From: Candidatus Ozemobacteraceae bacterium
Lineage (GTDB): Bacteria > Muiribacteriota > Ozemobacteria > Ozemobacterales > Ozemobacteraceae
Direction: 5' to 3'
Assembly: GCA_965140445.1 (NCBI GenBank)
Contig: OZ223236.1
Location: 3,296,001 to 3,360,000 of the forward strand
DNA length: 64,000 nt
The notes beneath the pieces were generated by a model that saw only the letters and a program-made list of their open reading frames with translations, did not search any database and was not told where the DNA came from. This document shows, in pieces, positions 50,406 to 60,169 of the stretch. Each line of letters starts with the position of its first letter. The first letter of the stretch is position 1. A program made the translations under genes and the position numbers.

Positions 50406-51476
50406 AAATCGTTTTAACTCATCGAAGGGACTCCTGATTTTTGAAATGGTTGTGGTAGAAACATGGGTATAGATTTCCGTTGTTTTGGAACTACTGTGAC
50501 CGAGAATTCCTTGAATTATTCTTAAGTCTGTGCCACTTTCAAGCAGGTGAGTGGCAAAGCTGTGTCTAAGTGTGTGTACTGTCGCATGTTTTTTTATTTC
50601 AGCTTTCTGGCAGGCGGTTGAAAAAATGTTCTGAATGCTTTTGACAGAATATTTGATGCCAGGCTGAGTGCTTTCAAATAAATATAATTTGGGTTGATAC
50701 TCCTTAAGATACTGCTCTATCATTGAATATAGTTTGTCAGATAGAGGAACCTGGCGATCTTTCTTTCCCTTGGATTGTTCGATCAAAATAATTCCCCTAA
50801 CCGGATCTATATTTTTGATTTGCAAATTAACCGCTTCACTTATTCTTAAACCAGCAGAGTAAATTAGCGAAATGATCAATTTATGTTTTAAATTGCATAT
50901 TTGCTTAATTATGCTGGTAACTTCCTTTTTTGATAAAACCACAGGCAGTCGGTGAGTTTTTCGAGGACGTAGTGAAAGAGTTGGCATATTCTTTCCTTGC
51001 ACTGTTTCCACATAAAACTTTATAGCGTTGATCGCCATATTCTGATATGAATTGCTGACCTTTTTTTCATCAGAAAGATAATTGATGTAAGCATAAATTT
51101 GCTGATCATAATCTTGCAGATCAAGATTTTGAATGAAACATAGAAATTTGACGAGATGATGGCTGTAATTTTTTATGGTGCTCTTGCTGTAGCGTCGCCG
51201 GGTTAAATGATTAATAAATTCAACTGGCAATGCAACAGGTTTGCTTTCTATTTCAACGGTTTCAAGTTCAACGTTAGCGATTGAAACGAGAATCTGCTTT
51301 AATTTATCAAGTGAAATAGCTGAAATTGGAATCTGCCATTCCTTCTTTTTGGAATCATATCTTCTTTCAGGAAGCTTCCTGACAACAGAAACTATTTCTT
51401 CATTGTAGGAAAATGATAAAACATAATTTGTTGATGTCTGTTTCACCATTATTTCAGGCTGGTTTGGCTTTACCAT
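50316..51476 (-). CDS. tyrosine recombinase (XerD/integron-integrase-like) with N-terminal HARP-like domain
   Basis: YSAGLRISE, KGKKDR, HTLRHSFATHLLE, LGHSSSKTTEIYTH; SAM-like domain (YSKSTIKNY); N-terminal FSYNEE..RKLPERRYDSKKKEWQIP. Confidence 0.9.
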   Translation of the reverse strand: MVKPNQPEIMVKQTSTNYVLSFSYNEEIVSVVRKLPERRYDSKKKEWQIPISAISLDKLKQILVSIANVELETVEIESKPVALPVEFINHLTRRRYSKSTIKNYSHHLVKFLCFIQNLDLQDYDQQIYAYINYLSDEKKVSNSYQNMAINAIKFYVETVQGKNMPTLSLRPRKTHRLPVVLSKKEVTSIIKQICNLKHKLIISLIYSAGLRISEAVNLQIKNIDPVRGIILIEQSKGKKDRQVPLSDKLYSMIEQYLKEYQPKLYLFESTQPGIKYSVKSIQNIFSTACQKAEIKKHATVHTLRHSFATHLLESGTDLRIIQGILGHSSSKTTEIYTHVSTTTISKIRSPFDELKRFRDTTQFVRICETHVRNTCKYFRIYNTRPI

Positions 51477-51872
51477 CGATACCTTCTCAACTTCCTCTTA
51501 CTTTTTCATGTTCTCACTGATTTTCATTTAATCTACAAACTTTCAAGTTTTATAGCATCTTTTATCACTCCATTCAATTATGATTATCTGCTGCGGATTA
51601 GTAATTCTCAAAATTACAAAAGCATTGAAGTCAAATAGGGAGCGAATCTGATATCATTTGTTATCAAAGATATTGACCAGGCGCAACGAAAGTCAGTTTA
51701 TAAATAAGACTTTGGCATTGCCATGGAGCACGATAAAATAAAATTGGGTGAAGAGAGAGCACAAATACTAGTCAAGGCATTACGATGCCTTTCAGCAGTT
51801 TTAGTTTATCCTGGCAGGGAAGTTAACCTAGGATTTGCTGGATAATATAATTTAAAATAATGGAATTCCAAC

Positions 51873-52359
51873 ATGGGTATCAAAAATTTTTTAATTGAAG
51901 GTGTGTCCTGCTCTGGTAAAACTACTGTTTGTAACGAACTTCAACGACGTGGGTACAATGCTATCCATGGTGATAGAGAATTGGCTTATCAGGGTGATCC
52001 AATAAACGGGAAAACCTTTAAATGGTTCCGGCCACGAGAATCATATCTGGGATGTAGACAAAGTCAAAGCTTTGATTTCTGACCAAAGCCATCCAATCAC
52101 TTTCTTTTGCGGCGGTTCCAGAAATTTTCACCATTTCATAGATCTTTTCGATGCAGTTTTCGTTCTTGAAGTCGACCTGGACACGTTAAATATGCGCCTT
52201 GCTGAACGCCCAGAAGACGAATGGGGCGGTCAGGAAAAGGAACGTAAAATCATTCGTCGATTACATGCAACCAAAGAAGATATTCCAGAAAACGCAATCA
52301 TAATTGATGCAACGGTATCTTTAGACCATATCGTCGATACCATTCTGGAGAAAACCTAA
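51873..52359 (+). pseudogene. frameshifted P-loop nucleoside-kinase-like gene
   Basis: Walker A GVSCSGKT in ORF1; shifting frame near 52001-52016 gives continuous ...GKPLNGSGHENHIWDVDKVKALISDQSHPITFFCGGSRN into ORF2. Confidence 0.75.
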
Positions 52360-52618
52360 TAGTTAAAGCCTATTGCTCTATGACAAGCGTGCCTTATAGA
52401 GTTTTCTTTTTTTCATCTTAAATACAGCTGCACACACTTTTTATAGCAGGAGATTTCTCTTAGATATTTCCCAAAAGTCTTTTATGATATAGTCAGACTC
52501 ATAAACAAGAAAACAATATTATTGTCGGAAGCCTATTTATGTGCTTCTCATGAAAATGTAAACTGCAATTGAGAGATTGTGGTTGTATGTTTTTAAAAAT
52601 TTTTGAATAAGGATCTTT

Positions 52619-53059
52619 ATGAAAAAGCTGTTTTTTGTCCTTCTTATATTAGTTTTCATTCCTTCAATAAGCTATTTACAAGTCCATAAGAGTGATTTCA
52701 GGGAAAAGAGCACTCAAGGACCTGCAATAAAATTTAAGGTATTAGAACACAATTTTGGGGCCCATTTTAAAGGAGAAGATACAACTTATAACTTTGAATT
52801 TTTTAACTCTAGTACTGAACCTCTTGTTCTTAGCAATGTTCGCAGCAGTACCGGTGCTATTACCTTAAAATGGCCAAAAGAACCAATACATGCGGGAAAA
52901 AAGGCCGAAATAATAGTAAAATATGATTCTCAAAGAATAGGCGGTTTTAATAAATCTGTAACCGTTTATTCTAATGCAGGAGAAACTCCAATAGTTCTTA
53001 GAATTAAAGGTAGAATTGTTGTTGCACCACCAGATTCGATAACTGGACAATCAGAATAA
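52619..53059 (+). CDS. DUF1573-domain secreted protein
   Basis: Signal peptide; HNFG...FEFFNSSTEPLVLSNVRSS..G...PKEPI..G...FNKSVTVYSNA. Confidence 0.8.
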   Translation: MKKLFFVLLILVFIPSISYLQVHKSDFREKSTQGPAIKFKVLEHNFGAHFKGEDTTYNFEFFNSSTEPLVLSNVRSSTGAITLKWPKEPIHAGKKAEIIVKYDSQRIGGFNKSVTVYSNAGETPIVLRIKGRIVVAPPDSITGQSE

Positions 53060-53157
53060 AGAATTCTAGACTCATTGTTACCGCAAACATCCAAAATATG
53101 TTAAGAATCAGCCATAACATTATGTGCAAAGTCTGCAATTGAATTTTTCAGAAAAGA

Positions 53158-54639
53158 ATGGAAAAGACGAAATCACAACCTGAAAATAAGTTAAATTGGG
53201 CCTTACTCATAGGCCTTTTTATCTTTTCGTTTTCCTTTCTCTTTTTAATGAAGCCCTATGTAGACCCGCAAGCTTCAATGGATGCAACTTACTATCATGT
53301 TATGGCTGATCAGCTTGAAAAGGGCAAAGGTTTTGAAGAACCTTTTATCTGGCACCATTTGACCAAATTTGAAGAACTAATCCATCCAACTGACTACTGG
53401 ATGCCGCTTGGAATAGTGCTATTTTATCTTGCCAGGATCGCAGGCGGGGTTTCAGCCGAAGTAATTTTAAACATACTTATCTGGTCGTTTTTAGCTGTTT
53501 CCATTTTTCGCTATTGCTTTAAACTTACCCAGAATTACTTTGCTTCATTTGTTTCATTTTGCATTTTTGCTTTTGCCGGAAAGTATCTTTACTGCTTATT
53601 AACTACAGATAATTTTGCTTTCTACGCTGCACTCGGATACCTTCTTTTACGAATTCTTGGCTCAGAAAAAGCGCATTCAGTCCCATTGGGAATTATTTGT
53701 GGCTTAATAGCCCTTACAAGAATTGAAGGACACATCTTTTCATTTTTTGCCATAATCTTTCATTGGTTTAAAACCAGAGATATGAAGAAGGTATTTATTG
53801 TAATTCTTCTGTTTCTTTTAACAATCAGCCCTTGGGTAATAAGGAATAAAACTGTCCTTGATAGCTATTGGCCTATGAAATCTCAAGTCTTGCTAATGAG
53901 AAACTACGAGGAAATTTTCTATGAGGATTTTGAAGCTACCCTTAGCCATTATCTAGGATTAGGGAAACTGGAGATTTTCAGGCAAAAAGTGGTTGGCTTA
54001 TGGAGTAGCCTTGTTCAGCTAATAGCAGTGCCTGCAATATTTTTATTTATTCCACTCTGGCTTGTGGGACTTATTCCTATATGGAAAAGGGAAGGGCGCT
54101 TTTTTACATTTCTATTATTTTTATTCTGGCTTCTATGTGGCCTTGTTTTTACCTTGCAGGGAGTTAGAGGTACTACAATGCATATAAGTGCTTTCTTTCT
54201 GCCCCATATGGCCCTTATTACTGGCGTGGGATTGGATTACCTAAACAAAATAAAGCGGTTAAAGAAAAGTGTTTACCTCGGGACAGGCATCTTTATAATT
54301 CTCTGGACTATTACCTTTAGCCTGATAAGCTTTAACAAACAAAGCAAAGAATACGACGATGACAATCAGCCTTATAAAGACCTTTTCAAAATGGTATCTA
54401 TCCCCCAAGATGAAAAGATTGTTTCCACCTACCCCATCTATGTTTACAATCTGAATAAAAATCCCGGAGTAATTTCTTTTCGAAAAACAGGGCCAGAATT
54501 GTTGGCTGACAGATACGATTGCACCTACATTCTGATGGATGAAAGACTGGACATAAAAGTCATTCCAAATGAACTAAAATGGGAAAAAATCTATTCAAGA
54601 TATCCAATTAATCTTTATCGCAGGAAGGCCGGATCGTAG
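53158..54639 (+). CDS. GT-C fold (PMT/ArnT-like) integral membrane glycosyltransferase
   Basis: DATYY after TM1; ~11 TM helices; ALTRIEG; SPWVIRN. Confidence 0.65.
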   Translation: MEKTKSQPENKLNWALLIGLFIFSFSFLFLMKPYVDPQASMDATYYHVMADQLEKGKGFEEPFIWHHLTKFEELIHPTDYWMPLGIVLFYLARIAGGVSAEVILNILIWSFLAVSIFRYCFKLTQNYFASFVSFCIFAFAGKYLYCLLTTDNFAFYAALGYLLLRILGSEKAHSVPLGIICGLIALTRIEGHIFSFFAIIFHWFKTRDMKKVFIVILLFLLTISPWVIRNKTVLDSYWPMKSQVLLMRNYEEIFYEDFEATLSHYLGLGKLEIFRQKVVGLWSSLVQLIAVPAIFLFIPLWLVGLIPIWKREGRFFTFLLFLFWLLCGLVFTLQGVRGTTMHISAFFLPHMALITGVGLDYLNKIKRLKKSVYLGTGIFIILWTITFSLISFNKQSKEYDDDNQPYKDLFKMVSIPQDEKIVSTYPIYVYNLNKNPGVISFRKTGPELLADRYDCTYILMDERLDIKVIPNELKWEKIYSRYPINLYRRKAGS

Positions 54640-54644
54640 CCCTT

Positions 54645-55391
54645 TTATTCCAAAACGTCAAATTCTTCAACCCAGCCGTGAGCGCCTTCGTCAATCCAAC
54701 GAATTTCATTATTACGAACAAGCTTTGTATTAGAAACACACATTAATTCTGGATATTTTTCTTCGACCAATCGGTTGCCAGGTTGTCCTCTTTTTCCTGG
54801 AACACACAACCAGTCTGTATATATTTTTTTTGTTTTTAATTTATCCAGAATGTTTGCCAGCCAGGTTCCATGAGTTTGTCCGCCATTCCAGTTTTTGGAC
54901 CATATGTATGAAACTTCTATCTTATTCTTGAGAAAAATTTTGGAAACAAGGTATTCATTTTCACATAATACAAAAATCAAAGTCCGAATTTTTGGGGAGC
55001 CCCAAAGTTTTAACTTATACTCAAAACATCTACCGGAAAAATCAAAATTATCACAAATAGTGTTTGGTTCCTTAATTTCGGGAAGCTCACGAAAAGAAAT
55101 TACTTCAAAACTTCCATGAATTCCGGAATCATCAGCATCAAAATCAAGACCGGATTCAAATTCCTGATAAAAATTAACATCCGTATGTATAAATAAATCC
55201 GGGGCGCATGAATCATCAATCGGCTCGTCCAAAACTATTTCTTCCGGATTTTCTCTTTCAACGCGTTCGCTCCAAAGTTTTTTCCCGGAACAGAAAAAGT
55301 CCATATTGCTTAAATCAATCCCGGAAGAAGGATAATAGCAGATACAGCTATACTTCTTTAATTCATTAATTAAAAACTCTGCACCTGTCAT
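54645..55391 (-). CDS. hypothetical protein
   Basis: 248-aa ORF with AAGGAG RBS; YYPSSG and LFIHTD motifs; no family recognised. Confidence 0.65.
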   Translation of the reverse strand: MTGAEFLINELKKYSCICYYPSSGIDLSNMDFFCSGKKLWSERVERENPEEIVLDEPIDDSCAPDLFIHTDVNFYQEFESGLDFDADDSGIHGSFEVISFRELPEIKEPNTICDNFDFSGRCFEYKLKLWGSPKIRTLIFVLCENEYLVSKIFLKNKIEVSYIWSKNWNGGQTHGTWLANILDKLKTKKIYTDWLCVPGKRGQPGNRLVEEKYPELMCVSNTKLVRNNEIRWIDEGAHGWVEEFDVLE

Positions 55392-55640
55392 AAACGAACT
55401 CCTTTATTTCCAAACGCCAAACTTGCCTTTGCGAATGATAACAAAGCTATTCTAAAAAAGTAAAACAAAAGAATATTTTGTCATTTCTATAAAGTGAATA
55501 TTAATTTAAAACAGACTAGAATTTGGCTAAAAAAAGAATTAAACAATAAGAGCGCTTGAACTCTGCTATACTTCAAATAACAAAGAAACAAAATTACTCG
55601 GCAAAACATTTTTTTGGGATCAATTTGAAGGGAGGAAACC

Positions 55641-55760
55641 ATGGGAGACAAAGGCGGAAAAAAAGACAAAGATAAAAGCAAAAAACAGGCTGATAAAAAA
55701 CATGATAAAAAAGTAAAAGAAGCATTTGAAAAGCAGCCAAAAAAGAAAATAGAAAAATAG
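55641..55760 (+). CDS. 39-aa Lys-rich small protein (not in the ORF track)
   Basis: GGAGG RBS before ATG; MGDKGGKKDKDKSKKQADKKHDKKVKEAFEKQPKKKIEK*; followed by a terminator-like hairpin. Confidence 0.75.
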   Translation: MGDKGGKKDKDKSKKQADKKHDKKVKEAFEKQPKKKIEK

Positions 55761-55796
55761 TTTAAAACTGGTGTAAATCAGAAATCATATACGTAG

Positions 55797-55862
55797 GAAA
55801 CTGGAAGTAAAAGGGCCATTACCAATGGTAACAGCCCCTTGAAATGCCAGTTTCTTTTTTTA
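55797..55862 (+). terminator. terminator-like hairpin between the small ORF and oadB
   Basis: GAAACTGG...AAGGGC..TTACCA/TGGTAA..GCCCCTT...CCAGTTTC followed by a T run. Confidence 0.6.
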
Positions 55863-55869
55863 TAAAGTT

Positions 55870-57006
55870 CTACACAATTTCCAGAAGAACTCCAGCAGCA
55901 ATTGCCGAACCTAAAACTCCAGCAACATTAGGCCCCATGGCATGCATTAGAAGATAATTTTTAGAATTACTTTCAACCCCAAGTTTATTTGAAACCCTGG
56001 CTGCCATAGGCACCGCCGAAACACCTGCAGAGCCTATCAAAGGATTAATTGGAGTTTTCAAAAACAGATTCATAAATTTGGCAAGAAGCACGCCGGAGGC
56101 TGTCCCTATGGAAAAAGCGATCAAGCCAAGAAAGAGGATTCCCAAAGTCTCAAAACGAAGGAATTTATCCGCTGATAGCTTTGAACCAATGGCCAATCCA
56201 AGAAAAATGGTAATCAGGTTAATTAACTCGTTCTGGGCGGTTTTCATAAGGCGATCAGTAACTCTTGATTCTCTAAGCAGGTTACCAAACAATAGGGCAC
56301 CGATTAATGGAGTCGCCTGCGGAATTAAAAGCACACACAAGAGCAAAATAACCAGCGGGAAAACCATTTTTTCCCTTTGAGAAACCTGACGAAGCTGAAC
56401 CATTTCAATCTTTCGCTCTTCTTCGTTGGTTAAAAATCTCATTATGGGAGGTTGAATAATTGGAACCAAAGCCATATAAGAGTAGGCCGCTACCGCAATT
56501 GCACCTAGCAAATGGGGCGAAAGATTTGAAGCCAGGAAAATGGCGGTTGGACCGTCTGCGCCACCTATGATTGCAATGGATGCTGCATCCTTAAGAGTAA
56601 AGCCAAGGCCGGCATATTCAGACAGTAATAAAGCGCCAATTAAAGTAGCAAAAATACCAAACTGAGCTGCTGCACCGAGAAGAGCAGTTTTGGGGTTGGC
56701 TATTAATGGCCCAAAATCAGTTAAGGCACCGACTCCTATAAAAATCATCAATGGGAATAATCCATTTGCGATTCCAGAGTTATAAATTATACCCAGAAAG
56801 CCTTCAGGCCCCCCTATATTTGCAGTTGGAATATTTGCAAGAATTCCACCAAAGCCAATTGGCAAAAGGAGAAGAGGCTCAAACTTTTTACTAATTGCCA
56901 GCCAGATCAATACAATTCCAACCCCAATCATAATTACCTGTTTGTAGGTAATCAGTGCAAAGCCCGTTGTACAAAGCAAATTGCTAAAAACATCATAAAT
57001 ATTCAT
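55870..57006 (-). CDS. oadB: Na+-translocating decarboxylase subunit beta
   Basis: [50 protein letters not shown]. Confidence 0.95.
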   Translation of the reverse strand: MNIYDVFSNLLCTTGFALITYKQVIMIGVGIVLIWLAISKKFEPLLLLPIGFGGILANIPTANIGGPEGFLGIIYNSGIANGLFPLMIFIGVGALTDFGPLIANPKTALLGAAAQFGIFATLIGALLLSEYAGLGFTLKDAASIAIIGGADGPTAIFLASNLSPHLLGAIAVAAYSYMALVPIIQPPIMRFLTNEEERKIEMVQLRQVSQREKMVFPLVILLLCVLLIPQATPLIGALLFGNLLRESRVTDRLMKTAQNELINLITIFLGLAIGSKLSADKFLRFETLGILFLGLIAFSIGTASGVLLAKFMNLFLKTPINPLIGSAGVSAVPMAARVSNKLGVESNSKNYLLMHAMGPNVAGVLGSAIAAGVLLEIV

Positions 57007-57019
57007 TTGTTTCTCCGCC

Positions 57020-58813
57020 TCAGTTTAAATGGGCAAGCACTTGTCCGGCAGCAACTTGTCCGCCTTGAGCAACCATAATCTTGCCTAGTTTTCCTGAAGC
57101 TGGTGCTTTAATCTCAGTTTCCATTTTCATGGCTTCAATTACAAATAGTGAATCATCTTTCATGACCCGATCACCAGAAGCAAAGTTTACTTTAATAACA
57201 GCACCTGGCAGTGGAGATAAAACCTCAATCTCTTTGCCTGAAGAATTATTTGAAACAACAGGAGCGATTGAATCATGGTCAGAAACAGTGAATTCGTAAG
57301 GTTTGCCGTTTACAATCGCCTTATCATTTTCAAATACCACAGAAAAATCCTTATTGTTAATAGAAACTTTATACCCAGCTGGGTTCTCCGCAGTTTTAGG
57401 GGTTTCTGTTTTTTGATTTTTTCTTACTGAAACAGTTGCTTCGCCCTTTAAGAAGGCAATCCCTTTGCTTTTACAGGTGGCCGCAATAAATACATTTTCA
57501 TCAGTAACAGGCAGGCCTTCTTTTTGGAGCAAAGCTTTTGCGGGGGCGATTCCTTTGTTAGAATCTGAGTCATTTAGTTTCAAAGGGGATTCTTTGGTTG
57601 GTGGCAGGCCAAGCTGTTCTGAAGCAATTTTAACAATTTTTTCATCCGGTTTTACTGGAGTTTTTCCGAAATAGCCGAGCACCATTTTCCCGTATCCATC
57701 AGCAATCTTTTTCCATGGGCCAAGCATAACGTTATTAAAAGCCTGCTGAAAATAAAATTGAGAAACTGGTGTAACTGAGGTTCCGAAGCCCCCAAGCCTG
57801 ACAACTTCGCTCATGGCATCAATGACTTCAGAATAGCGATCCAGGATGTTATTATCACGCATCATCTGTGTATTAGCTGTCAATGCGCCACCTGGCATAG
57901 GTGAGAAAACGATTCTAGGATCAACAGAACGGGACTCTGGTGGCATGAAATACTCACTAACGCAATCAGCAAATACTTTTTCTGCTTTAAGAATTTTATT
58001 TATATCGATGTCCAGATCATAATCGGTGCCTTTTAATGCATGATGCATAGTTAAAATATCTGGCTGGGAGGTTCCACCTGAAACAGGTGCCATCGCTAGA
58101 TCAATACCGTCCGCTCCAGCTTCAATAGCTGCCTTATAAGCTGCAACTGCTGTACCTGCTGTATCATGAGTATGAAAATTTATAAATGTATCCGCTGGGA
58201 GCTTTTCCCGGGCAAGCTTAATAGTTTTGTATACTTTTGCGGGGGTAGAGGTTCCAGAAGCATCTTTAAAACATATAGAATCAAAAGGAATCCCGGCATC
58301 AAGTATCTTTTGCACAACATCTGCGTAAAACTCAGGAGTATGTGCGCCTTCGCAGCCTGGAGGCAATTCCATCATTGTCACAACAACCTGATGTTTTAAT
58401 CCAGCTTCAACAATGCATTTACCACTGTAAATAAGGTTATCTACATCATTTAAAGCATCAAAATTTCGGATAGTGGTAACGCCATGCTTTTTAAAAAGCT
58501 GAGCGTGGAGTTTTATAACATCGCTGCTCTGGGATTCCAGGCCAACAACATTTATTCCCCGGGCGAGAGTTTGCAATTCAATATCTGGACCTACAGTTGC
58601 CCGAAATGAGTCCATCATATCAAAAGCGTTTTCATTACAATAAAAGAATAAGGATTGAAATCTTGCGCCTCCACCAGACTCAAAATACCTGATTCCAGCA
58701 TCTTTTGCCGCTTCAACCGCAGGTAAAAAATCTTTGGTCAAAACTCTTGCACCAAAAACAGATTGAAAGCCATCTCTGAAAGAAGTGTCCATGAATTTAA
58801 TAATTTTTTTCAT
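57020..58813 (-). CDS. oadA: oxaloacetate decarboxylase alpha-like (carboxyltransferase plus biotin carrier)
   Basis: [41 protein letters not shown]; biotinyl motif EAMKM. Confidence 0.9.
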   Translation of the reverse strand: MKKIIKFMDTSFRDGFQSVFGARVLTKDFLPAVEAAKDAGIRYFESGGGARFQSLFFYCNENAFDMMDSFRATVGPDIELQTLARGINVVGLESQSSDVIKLHAQLFKKHGVTTIRNFDALNDVDNLIYSGKCIVEAGLKHQVVVTMMELPPGCEGAHTPEFYADVVQKILDAGIPFDSICFKDASGTSTPAKVYKTIKLAREKLPADTFINFHTHDTAGTAVAAYKAAIEAGADGIDLAMAPVSGGTSQPDILTMHHALKGTDYDLDIDINKILKAEKVFADCVSEYFMPPESRSVDPRIVFSPMPGGALTANTQMMRDNNILDRYSEVIDAMSEVVRLGGFGTSVTPVSQFYFQQAFNNVMLGPWKKIADGYGKMVLGYFGKTPVKPDEKIVKIASEQLGLPPTKESPLKLNDSDSNKGIAPAKALLQKEGLPVTDENVFIAATCKSKGIAFLKGEATVSVRKNQKTETPKTAENPAGYKVSINNKDFSVVFENDKAIVNGKPYEFTVSDHDSIAPVVSNNSSGKEIEVLSPLPGAVIKVNFASGDRVMKDDSLFVIEAMKMETEIKAPASGKLGKIMVAQGGQVAAGQVLAHLN

Positions 58814-59034
58814 GCTTTGTTTCCTTGCCCGGAAAAAATGCGGGCAGCTGCAATTGCAAGTGCAATTTCTTCGTCCTGATTGCTTTGTTTAGAAATTAGA
58901 CCATCATTAGATGGTTCTTCGGGGAAAAATTTCATCACAAAGGCCATTAATTCAATAAGAGCAACAACCAAACCCAGAAAGGTAAAAACCGTGACCATTC
59001 CGACAAAAGCGACAGTAAGCCCTGAAAGAAGCAT
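58810..59034 (-). CDS. oadG: decarboxylase subunit gamma
   Basis: GMVTVFTFL TM helix plus EIALAIAAA; likely ATG 59034 with AGGAG RBS; ATGA overlap with oadA. Confidence 0.85.
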   Translation of the reverse strand: MLLSGLTVAFVGMVTVFTFLGLVVALIELMAFVMKFFPEEPSNDGLISKQSNQDEEIALAIAAARIFSGQGNKA

Positions 59035-59266
59035 AGAAGAACTCCTTCTGTAACCCAATTGGACTTTTTTCTTATTTTTTTAGTCCCGCAACAAAAATTT
59101 CTGTATGTAAAATTGAAGATTTAACTATTTTGTTTAGCTTCAGCAAAGATTATACTTTTAATGGCACTTGTTAGCAAGTGAAAAAAATAACAAACTAAAA
59201 TGTTTTTTAGGGCTATTTTGCAGTTATAAAAGGAGATAGGGGACAAACGAGCAAAATATTGAGAAA

Positions 59267-60031
59267 CTATTCTTTTTTAGAATTTAAGAACTCTTTAATA
59301 CCGTTAAAAATAGCTTCAGCCATTAGCTGTTTTCCTTCATTGGTTTTAATAAAATCTGCATCACTTTTATTATTCAAATACACCATTTCAACTACTATGG
59401 CAGGGACTTTTGAAAAAATAGAGCCAGTTAAAGCCCCTTGCTTTGAGCCCACATAAGTCAAAGAGTCTGTGCGCAAAGGGTTAAGTTTAAGCCTTTTACC
59501 TAAAGTTTTTCCGATGCCCTTTTGCATATATTCTGCCGCCAGTTTGCTTTTTGCAATTACTGTTTCAGAAGGGCCAGTTACTCCAAATTTAGTTCCAGCT
59601 TTATCTGGATAATATAAGGTGCAACCTGTTCCTTTGCCCGAATCGCAATGTAATCGAACCATTACGGCTGCTTTAGCTTCATTTGCAATTTCTGCTCTTT
59701 TGCGGTTGGTTACCATCTGGTTTAAATCTTTTTTGGTCATTACCGATTTTAGTGAGGTATCTGAAGCAATTAACTCTTCTAGTTTTATAGCTACTTTCCA
59801 GCAGATTTCCATTTCCGACAAACCATAATGAGAGCATCCATTGCTTGTTTCGGAGGGGTGCCCCGGGTCAATTGCAATAATGTATTCCTTTTTTGATAAA
59901 CCAGGAGCTTTTTCGGAGATTTCCCTACTTGAAAAGGACTCTGAAAATGCGGGTGATTGGCTAATAATAAATATCCCCAACAACAAAAAATATTTAAACC
60001 CAGAAAAATTTGCCTGCCAATAATTTTCCAT
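59267..60031 (-). CDS. N-acetylmuramoyl-L-alanine amidase (Amidase_3)
   Basis: IAIDPGH, E, RAEIAN, RLHCD, PAIVVEMVYLNN motifs; signal peptide. Confidence 0.9.
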   Translation of the reverse strand: MENYWQANFSGFKYFLLLGIFIISQSPAFSESFSSREISEKAPGLSKKEYIIAIDPGHPSETSNGCSHYGLSEMEICWKVAIKLEELIASDTSLKSVMTKKDLNQMVTNRKRAEIANEAKAAVMVRLHCDSGKGTGCTLYYPDKAGTKFGVTGPSETVIAKSKLAAEYMQKGIGKTLGKRLKLNPLRTDSLTYVGSKQGALTGSIFSKVPAIVVEMVYLNNKSDADFIKTNEGKQLMAEAIFNGIKEFLNSKKE

Positions 60032-60169
60032 ATAAGCACTCCATTTTAAACCTTTATAATAATACTACAACCAACGATTTTAAAATGTTATATTGTGTTA
60101 GCGTATACAAAAAGACGACTGTCTTAATTAATAAAAAGCTTTAAATAAACTGGGTCTGCAACGGGTTTT

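Larger units (their letters stand above)
44724..51476 (-). mobile_element. integron-like gene-capture locus (int, attI, avs4 cassette, attC, VOC)
   Basis: Co-oriented recombinase, GTT crossover, cassette with complementary ends, attC-like hairpin, then a second cassette-typical gene. Confidence 0.7.

Noticed and set aside
50316..51476. Housekeeping xerC/xerD or prophage integrase
   Set aside because: Extra N-terminal domain and adjacent att-like sites; no phage genes or tRNA target visible
59162..59176. Possible sigma54 site TGGCACTTGTTAGC
   Set aside because: GG-GC spacing is one base short and it points toward a gene end
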